From NCBI GenBank assembly GCA_048270185.1, contig JBLWTJ010000002.1:320001-384000 (forward strand): 64,000 bases of DNA, in the 5' to 3' direction. Shown here piece after piece: positions 57,568 to 64,000 of the stretch. Each line of letters starts with the position of its first letter. Position 1 is the stretch's first letter. The notes beneath the pieces were generated by a model, which worked only from the letters and a program-made list of their open reading frames with translations, did not search any database and had not been told where the DNA came from. Source of the DNA: Bacteriovoracaceae bacterium (GTDB taxonomy: Bacteria; Bdellovibrionota; Bacteriovoracia; Bacteriovoracales; Bacteriovoracaceae). A program made the position numbers and the translations under genes.

Positions 57568-58328
57568 CGAATAACAATAGAAGCTTGTGCGTACTTTGCC
57601 CAAAACTGCTTCTTATCTTTAAGAGACTTTGTTGGTGCTTTTCTACCTGTGATTTTTTCAAGTGTTTTAGAAATCTCTGAGTGAATATCAGAATATTTTT
57701 CTTTTTGAATCATTGTCAGAAGAGGCTTCTTTGCCTTTTCAAACTTTAGATCACCCACCGTTGCAATAATTTCTTTTACAATATGAGCACGTTTTGATGA
57801 CTTAAGTTTTTCATTCACGTGATAATTTCTTTTATCATAGAGCATGGCCCAAATATTTGGTGCAAGTGATTGAAGGTTTAGCTTCTTCACATTCTCTAGT
57901 GCCTGGTAGCGAACAATAAGTGAATTATCTTTTAAAGACTTCTTATAAATATCAGAATACTGAGTTTCGCCAAGAGCAAGGAGAGACTTAAGAGAAGCCA
58001 TTCTCATAACCCAATTTGGATGTTGAGAGAATTTCGAAATGAATGGAGCTGACTTCTTCCCCATTACCCTTCCTAGTAAGAATGTTGCCATCCAACGATT
58101 CTTATCAGGGTACTTATCATTTTTCATGACGTTTATAAGTGCAGCAACGGATTTCCCTTTAAGCTTTAAGACTTGTTGCTTAAGCTTCTCCATATCCTTG
58201 CCTTTTAGATTGTACTTAAATTGTCTTTCTAATTTAGTTGTTAGAACAGATTGATTAGCTTTCGTATTAACAGATGCACTAATATTTATACTAAAGAATA
58301 ATGATGTTATTACTAATAGCTTTTTCAA
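57564..58328 (-). CDS. Secreted HEAT-repeat protein
   Basis: Signal peptide; repeated HPNWVMRMASLKSL and DNSLIVRYQALENV HEAT-like units. Confidence 0.8.
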   Translation of the reverse strand: MKKLLVITSLFFSINISASVNTKANQSVLTTKLERQFKYNLKGKDMEKLKQQVLKLKGKSVAALINVMKNDKYPDKNRWMATFLLGRVMGKKSAPFISKFSQHPNWVMRMASLKSLLALGETQYSDIYKKSLKDNSLIVRYQALENVKKLNLQSLAPNIWAMLYDKRNYHVNEKLKSSKRAHIVKEIIATVGDLKFEKAKKPLLTMIQKEKYSDIHSEISKTLEKITGRKAPTKSLKDKKQFWAKYAQASIVIR

Positions 58329-58364
58329 TTGACGTCCTTGTCTTTGATAAGTTTTATATGAATT

Positions 58365-59369
58365 TTATCCTAACATTTTTTCAAATTCGCTCAGTAGCTC
58401 TTCTGCAGACTTTTGATCAGCAGCAGACTCTCCGGCTGACTCCTCAGGTACACCTTCTGCAGTAGAACTAGCTTCTAACGCAGGTTCTGCAATCGGCTCT
58501 TCTTCAGCAACTGGCTCAGGAGCAGCAACAGCTTCTTCTTCAACTGGTTCCGGTTCCGGCTCTGGTGCGACTTCAGCAACAGGCTCTTCCATTATCTCTG
58601 GTTCTGGAGTAGGCTCAGGCTCAGGTATCGCTTCAACTTCAGCTTGAGCTTCAGCTGCAACCTCTTCAACGACAGCTTCAGGAGTAACACCGGCTTGCTC
58701 AAGTTGGGCTTTTAGCTGTTCATTTTCTTGCTTAAACTTTCTAAGGTCAGCAAGATCACCTTCGATCATTTCGTATTCTTTAAGACGGTTTTTTAATTCA
58801 TCTCTTTCATCTTTAAGCCCATCGAGTTCTGCACTATCACCAGCTGATGATTGAGGAGCACTCTTTAGTGCTTCTATTTGCGCTTTTAGTTGTGCAATCT
58901 CAGAATTTAAATTTGTGATAATTTGAGCAGAGTCTGAATCATCTCCTCCACTTCTTTGAGCGGAATCTAGTTGTGCTTCAAGATCTCTAATAAGAGAATC
59001 TTTATTTGCAATCTGGCCATTTAAGGCAGCAATTTCGGCATTTTTACTAGCAAGTTGAGCTCCATCAACATTGCCTGTTGGCAAACTTCCACCAGGGACC
59101 ACAGAAGGAATACCATCACCTGTGTCTAATCCCCCACCTCTAAATAGTGAAGACTTTAAAGCATTTGAGTTTTGAATCACTGAATCAAGGTAGCTCTTAA
59201 GTACATCTGCGGGAATTTGATGTTGTAATTCTTGCATACGTTTTCTTGTATAAAACCAGTAAACGATGATCATACAAACAATTAACAATAATAGAGAGAG
59301 AGCGATATAAAATGCATTATCGTCGACATACAATAATTCTCTTATAAATCTCTTAGCTATATCCGCCAC
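58365..59369 (-). CDS. Membrane-anchored coiled-coil protein with acidic Pro/Glu-rich tail
   Basis: N-terminal TM helix, heptad segments, PE repeats, terminal helix AEELLSEFEKMLG; GTG start after AAGGA. Confidence 0.8.
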   Translation of the reverse strand: MADIAKRFIRELLYVDDNAFYIALSLLLLIVCMIIVYWFYTRKRMQELQHQIPADVLKSYLDSVIQNSNALKSSLFRGGGLDTGDGIPSVVPGGSLPTGNVDGAQLASKNAEIAALNGQIANKDSLIRDLEAQLDSAQRSGGDDSDSAQIITNLNSEIAQLKAQIEALKSAPQSSAGDSAELDGLKDERDELKNRLKEYEMIEGDLADLRKFKQENEQLKAQLEQAGVTPEAVVEEVAAEAQAEVEAIPEPEPTPEPEIMEEPVAEVAPEPEPEPVEEEAVAAPEPVAEEEPIAEPALEASSTAEGVPEESAGESAADQKSAEELLSEFEKMLG

Positions 59370-59484
59370 TTTTTATCCTTTTTAATTTATAAACCTTTGA
59401 ATATTTTAACATATTCATCAGTAATTAAAAGATGTGAAAAATAAGCAAATATGAACATATAAAGAAGGCAGTAATTCGAGTAAT

Positions 59485-60327
59485 TTAGTCAGAAACCATT
59501 TCACTTAATTTCTTAAAAAGAGGATTTCTGCCAACAATTATGGTCTCAGAAAATATATTGTGTTCATTACCATTATACTCAGTTATTTTTGTACCGGCCT
59601 CACTACAAATGATTGAAGCGGCGGCGACATCCCAGGGAGCAAGGCCCTTTTCCCAGAAGCCATCAAAAATACCACGAGCAACATAGCAAAGATCAATGGC
59701 CGCCGAGCCTAGTCTTCTTACTGCTGAGATATTGACCATAACTTTTTTAAATTTTTTAAATTCATCATTGAACGGCTTGCCTTTTTCAGTAGCAAAACCT
59801 GTTGCCAATAAGAAACCTCTTTCACGAGAGCGTGTTTGCTTAAGTTTTGTCTTTGTCCTGCCCTTTAAAAGATAGGCTCCATTCCCCTTTGTCGCGCAGA
59901 AGAATTCGCCTCTTTCAGGAATATAAATAACTCCTACAAGAGGTTTGAGTTTATAAGTCAATGATAAGCATACACAGTAGTGTTCAAGGCCGTGAACAAA
60001 ATTATTCGTTCCATCAAGTGGATCAATCACCCATAAGTAATCACTTCCTAGGTATTCCTTAAGATGCTTATAATCCCCTTGATATTTTTGATAGAAATCC
60101 TCTTCAGCAAGTACAGGAATTTCGGGATTAATCGCCTTTAATTTTTTAATAATGTATTCTTCGCTAGCGTGATCTGCCGCTGAAACAGCACCTTGGGCTT
60201 CTTTATAATTGATTACAAGATTTTTAAGATTATTCTGATAAGGCTTTAGCACTTTTCCTGCACCACGGGCCACACTGATAAGCTTTTCTTCAATCGCAAT
60301 TAATTCATTCTTAGTAATCTTCTTCAT
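59485..60327 (-). CDS. suhB: Inositol monophosphatase family protein (SuhB-like)
   Basis: WVIDPLDGTNNF, RRLGSAAIDL and WDVAA motifs. Confidence 0.9.
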   Translation of the reverse strand: MKKITKNELIAIEEKLISVARGAGKVLKPYQNNLKNLVINYKEAQGAVSAADHASEEYIIKKLKAINPEIPVLAEEDFYQKYQGDYKHLKEYLGSDYLWVIDPLDGTNNFVHGLEHYCVCLSLTYKLKPLVGVIYIPERGEFFCATKGNGAYLLKGRTKTKLKQTRSRERGFLLATGFATEKGKPFNDEFKKFKKVMVNISAVRRLGSAAIDLCYVARGIFDGFWEKGLAPWDVAAASIICSEAGTKITEYNGNEHNIFSETIIVGRNPLFKKLSEMVSD

Positions 60328-60526
60328 CCTGTCTCTTTCTAATTACTGCCTCGAGGTCCGACTCTTTTAAAGGCTCATTGCTGGCCACAGCATAATTTTC
60401 TGTTAACCACATTCCCAAGTCCACCATCTTGCATTTTTCGCAGCAGAATGGGCGGAATTCGCTGGCATAATAATTGAATTCTTTTGAGCATTCAGGACAT
60501 TTAACCATTAACTTCTTTGTCACCAA
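60311..60526 (-). CDS. yacG: DNA gyrase inhibitor YacG
   Basis: CPEC...RPFCCEKCKMVDLGMW motif. Confidence 0.92.
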   Translation of the reverse strand: MVTKKLMVKCPECSKEFNYYASEFRPFCCEKCKMVDLGMWLTENYAVASNEPLKESDLEAVIRKRQDEEDY

Positions 60527-61320
60527 ATTTCTCCATAATAATCGAGCATGAGTTTTTTTATTTCCTTGTCCTCATTATAAGATATTTCATCGATAGAGCA
60601 AATAGGCCTGATACCATTAAATGAACTCGTCGAAAAACAATGATCAAATTCTCTTAACTCACTCGCATGAATTTTCTCATAACGAATTCTTCGACCGTGG
60701 TTAGCAAGCATCGCTTCAATCTTTTTCAGAGTTATTCCCTCTAAAATCCCCTTCTCAATTCTTGGAGAATAATACTCGTCAGCTTTTTTAAGAATCAGAT
60801 TGGCCGTGGGTAACTCTAATAAATATGAGTTGAGATCTAGCAAGAGTGCATCGGAAGCGCCTTGTGCTATTGCCTCACGTCGAAGCTTGAACTGGTATTG
60901 ATAATCACTTCTTTTAAAATATGTTGGAAAGTTTCGATTGGGATCATAACATTTGGCCCTCAAGCTTAGGGCACTGAATTGCTGCTCTTTTTCTAAGGCC
61001 CATAACCAAAAGTTAATTTCACCACTTAATTCTCGAAAGAATGTAATTCGAAAATAAGCATGCTCGATTTCTTCATACTCTTCGATTATATTGGCCGCTG
61101 CGTGCTGAACTTCATTTAAGTATTTTTCACTATCTTCTTCTGGCCAGCAATAATCAAAACACTTCTTGAGGCGATCTCGATGCTCATCCCAGAAGATAAA
61201 CTTTCCCCTCTTAACTAATGCTGTTGAAAAGAATGTATTTCCCCATAACATGGCCTCATTAATGAGGGCATCTCTGGTTTGCAGATTTTTCTTAGAGAAA
61301 TATAAAACTTCTTTGGCCAT
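60520..61320 (-). CDS. PLP-dependent aminotransferase class IV (PabC/IlvE/Dat-like)
   Basis: HRDRL, FKRSDY, ELPTANL, GILEGIT and TSSF motifs. Confidence 0.85.
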   Translation of the reverse strand: MAKEVLYFSKKNLQTRDALINEAMLWGNTFFSTALVKRGKFIFWDEHRDRLKKCFDYCWPEEDSEKYLNEVQHAAANIIEEYEEIEHAYFRITFFRELSGEINFWLWALEKEQQFSALSLRAKCYDPNRNFPTYFKRSDYQYQFKLRREAIAQGASDALLLDLNSYLLELPTANLILKKADEYYSPRIEKGILEGITLKKIEAMLANHGRRIRYEKIHASELREFDHCFSTSSFNGIRPICSIDEISYNEDKEIKKLMLDYYGEIW

Positions 61321-61359
61321 AACTTTCCTTATCCATGGTTTCCATGATATCTAAATTCT

Positions 61360-62316
61360 ATGACGATAAGTAGTAATAAGAAAGATATTCTAATCATTGG
61401 ACTTGGTTCTCAAGCAAAATCTTGGGCCCTAAACCTTAGAGATTCTTCTCGCTGTGTTGAAATTGGGCTTAGAGATAATAGTTCCTCTAAAGAGCTTGCT
61501 AATAGAATGGGATTTCCTGTCGTTGCCTATGATTCAACTCCTCTTGAAAATTACAATTTCATTATCATCCTTACACCAGATGATACCCATAAAGAGATCC
61601 TTAACTCACTTAAATTTTTGGATAATGAATATTCACAAAACTTTATCTACGGACATGGCTATAGCGTAACATACGATGGAGTAAAGAAGCTCTTAAATGG
61701 ACATAACCACTTTCTACTCGCTCCAAAGGCTATTGCAAGTGAACTACGCTTTGGTTATGAAACGAAGGCACCTCTAACGGCCGTCGTTGACTGTGAGGAT
61801 GAAAATCTCCTAGAGCTTGCAAGAGATCTAGGTATTTCAGTTGGACCTGTGGTTGGAAGTTTTGAAGAGGAAACAATTTGTGATCTCTTCTCAGAGCAAT
61901 CACTTCTTTGTTCAGTCATCCCTCATGCGGCCAGGCTATCATTTGAGACTCTCATTGCCAGGGGCCATGATCCAAAAATAGCCTATATCGAATGCTGGCA
62001 TGAGGTTAAACTCATTGCTGATGCCATGATAAAATTTGGCCCTAGTGCCTTCCACGGTCTCATCTCCCCTAATGCTTTTATGGGCGGAGAAAAAGCTAAG
62101 TCATTGATTTTTGATAGCGAATACCAGAACAAGCTCGATAAAATTTATGACGAGGTGAAATCTGGCCAATTTGCTCGTGAAATTCTTCATACTGATTTCC
62201 AAAAGCTGCTCTCTCAGGTTATAAGTGAGAGTGACAAACTTGAAATTACTAAGGTTTATAAGAGCTTTGGAAAGAATCTGGTAAAGAATGAAGAAACTAA
62301 CGACAAGAAAAATTAG
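61360..62316 (+). CDS. ilvC: Ketol-acid reductoisomerase family protein (IlvC-like; possibly acting as ketopantoate reductase)
   Basis: IIGLGSQAKSWALNLRDS, LTPD, APK, EETICDLFSEQ and AYIECWHEVKLIAD motifs. Confidence 0.85.
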   Translation: MTISSNKKDILIIGLGSQAKSWALNLRDSSRCVEIGLRDNSSSKELANRMGFPVVAYDSTPLENYNFIIILTPDDTHKEILNSLKFLDNEYSQNFIYGHGYSVTYDGVKKLLNGHNHFLLAPKAIASELRFGYETKAPLTAVVDCEDENLLELARDLGISVGPVVGSFEEETICDLFSEQSLLCSVIPHAARLSFETLIARGHDPKIAYIECWHEVKLIADAMIKFGPSAFHGLISPNAFMGGEKAKSLIFDSEYQNKLDKIYDEVKSGQFAREILHTDFQKLLSQVISESDKLEITKVYKSFGKNLVKNEETNDKKN

Positions 62317-63094
62317 AAAGGCCAAAATCGCCACAACAAAGACTTCACTGCAAGTCCTAACTTGCTATGACTATCAAACAGCTCAAATGCTCGATCAAAC
62401 TGAGCTTGATATGATCCTTGTCGGAGATAGCCTTGGAAATGTTGTTCTTGGATACGATACGACTGTTCAAGTTAGCTTAACTGAAATGTCGATTTTTGGC
62501 GGTGCTGTCAGAAGAGGTGCTCCAAATAAATTTCTAATCGTCGATATGCCATTTGGTTCCTACACAACTTTTGAAAACGCTTGTGAAAATGCCACCAAAC
62601 TTTTTCAAGAAACAAAGGCCGAGGCCCTGAAACTTGAAGGTGCCTTCCCTCACCAAATTGAAATAATAAGACGACTTACTCAAAGTGGAATCCCTGTTAT
62701 GGGACATATTGGATTGACACCACAAAGTGTTCACGAGCAAGGTGGTTACTATACGCACGGTAAAGACGATTCAGATAAAGCGAGGCTTCTTGCTGAAGCA
62801 AAGCTTCTTGAAGAAGCCGGGTGTTTTTCAATCGTACTAGAATGTGTCACAGATGAAATCGCGACAATCATTACTGAACAAATCTCAATTCCTACAATCG
62901 GAATTGGAGCAGGAAAGAATACTGACGGCCAAGTGCTAGTTATCAACGACCTTCTTAAAATGGGTCCTGGAAAATATCCTAATTTCTGTAAACCAATCGC
63001 TAACTTGTACGACGAAAAGCTAAAACTAATCAGTGAATATATTCTAAAGAATAAAAAAGCGGATAATTCAGACGATGCTGACCTACACCATTGA
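62288..63094 (+). CDS. panB: 3-methyl-2-oxobutanoate hydroxymethyltransferase
   Basis: LTCYD, LVGDSLG, DMPFGSY, KLEG, GHIGLTPQ and IGIGAG motifs. Confidence 0.96.
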   Translation: MKKLTTRKIRKAKIATTKTSLQVLTCYDYQTAQMLDQTELDMILVGDSLGNVVLGYDTTVQVSLTEMSIFGGAVRRGAPNKFLIVDMPFGSYTTFENACENATKLFQETKAEALKLEGAFPHQIEIIRRLTQSGIPVMGHIGLTPQSVHEQGGYYTHGKDDSDKARLLAEAKLLEEAGCFSIVLECVTDEIATIITEQISIPTIGIGAGKNTDGQVLVINDLLKMGPGKYPNFCKPIANLYDEKLKLISEYILKNKKADNSDDADLHH

Positions 63095-63722
63095 TAGTGG
63101 CAATACATTCGTCAAAATTGCAATCTTCAAAGATTCAGATTTAATCGATATAAAAAGATTAAATACCCATGACTTTCATTTTGAGTTTGAAAGAGATTCA
63201 AGAATTATCATTTCTAATGTATCTCACGATATTATTTCAAAGCTACCAGCTCAAGCTGTTGATGCTTCAAAATTAATCAAAGACTTCAAATCAACTTATG
63301 ATCAATCAACTCTTGGTATTGATCGAAAAGTTATCTCTTACTACTTACAGAGAAAAGGGATTGAGAATGCATTAATTGTCGATGCTGGAAGTTTTATTAC
63401 TTTTGATGAAATAAGAAATGGTATTCATAAAGGTGGCGCTATCTATTTAGGACTTCAAAACTACCTAAAGTCCTACCCAACTTTTTCGGCCAATCTTCCC
63501 CTACTTGAAAGTGAAAATATAGAAGAAGGTTGCGCCAATACTAAGCAGGCCATAAGCTTCGCCTACAAGGCTTACCTTTTAATGATTCAAAATGAATTAC
63601 AAAGATTTGATCAACACGAAGTGTATCTAACAGGAGGTGATGCCAAACTCATCTCAAGTGGTCAATCGATCAAAGACAATCTCATTCACGAAGCTCTATT
63701 TAGCCTACAAGATTTGATTTAA
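63075..63722 (+). CDS. coaX: Type III pantothenate kinase
   Basis: IDSGNT, LGIDR, VDAGS, GGAI and LTGGDA motifs. Confidence 0.92.
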   Translation: MLTYTIDSGNTFVKIAIFKDSDLIDIKRLNTHDFHFEFERDSRIIISNVSHDIISKLPAQAVDASKLIKDFKSTYDQSTLGIDRKVISYYLQRKGIENALIVDAGSFITFDEIRNGIHKGGAIYLGLQNYLKSYPTFSANLPLLESENIEEGCANTKQAISFAYKAYLLMIQNELQRFDQHEVYLTGGDAKLISSGQSIKDNLIHEALFSLQDLI

Positions 63723-63924
63723 AGTTTTCAGGAATATCAATGGCGCGATACTTCTTTCCATTAGAAAGACGAATCCAGTAGCCTTCTTTAACATCCCCAT
63801 CCATGACGATATTGATCGGCTTCATTGAGACTATATGGTCGTAATTTATGTAAATCAGTTCACAAGTATCACCAAGGGCCTGAACGTCACGTTGTGAGAT
63901 GATTGAGAACTTACCAAATTTCAT
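63700..63924 (-). CDS. Small hypothetical protein, weakly FlbD-like
   Basis: YINYDHIVSM...IRLSNGKKY pattern; AAGGT upstream. Confidence 0.6.
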   Translation of the reverse strand: MKFGKFSIISQRDVQALGDTCELIYINYDHIVSMKPINIVMDGDVKEGYWIRLSNGKKYRAIDIPENFKSNLVG

Positions 63925-64000
63925 AAACTTACCTTTGTTACTTATTACATAGGACGGCCGAATACCTTCAGATATTTCAAATATAATGGCCTAAATCCTT

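Noticed and set aside
402..63108. Numerous 60-120 aa ORFs nested in or antisense to well-supported genes
   Set aside because: No motifs or RBS; expected by chance

Overview
AT-rich bacterial chromosomal segment, most consistent with a predatory Bdellovibrionota (Bacteriovorax/Halobacteriovorax-like); this is inferred from gene content and order, not from a database search. The backbone is housekeeping: gap-pgk-tpiA...secG, ssb, mreC-mreD-mrdA-rodA, ppiD-like, hbd-crt-bcd, rpsT/holA/lptE, dciA, alr-mlaEFD...tsaC, aroK, yceD-rpmF-fabHDG-acpP-fabF-glyA-nrdR-nusB, suhB-yacG and ilvC-panB-coaX. Single secreted accessory genes sit inside otherwise conserved gene strings: trypsin-like protease, EEP nuclease, PLD, ankyrin lipoprotein, Tad-like protein, Cys-rich protein, di-haem peroxidase, protein-glutaminase-like protein and a degenerate YiiX protein. 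Several of these have sigma28-like promoters. No tRNA, rRNA, CRISPR array, transposase or prophage was seen. The main observations are: (1) a GYF-like membrane protein gene split at an A10 run, where the -1 frame opens exactly at the run and its stop overlaps the tsaC start (candidate programmed slippage/frameshift, or a homopolymer error); (2) two highly structured non-coding regions (10381-10565, and 27640-28019 with compensatory base changes between repeats); (3) two histone-H1-like basic/acidic proteins, one directly downstream of hbd-crt-bcd.
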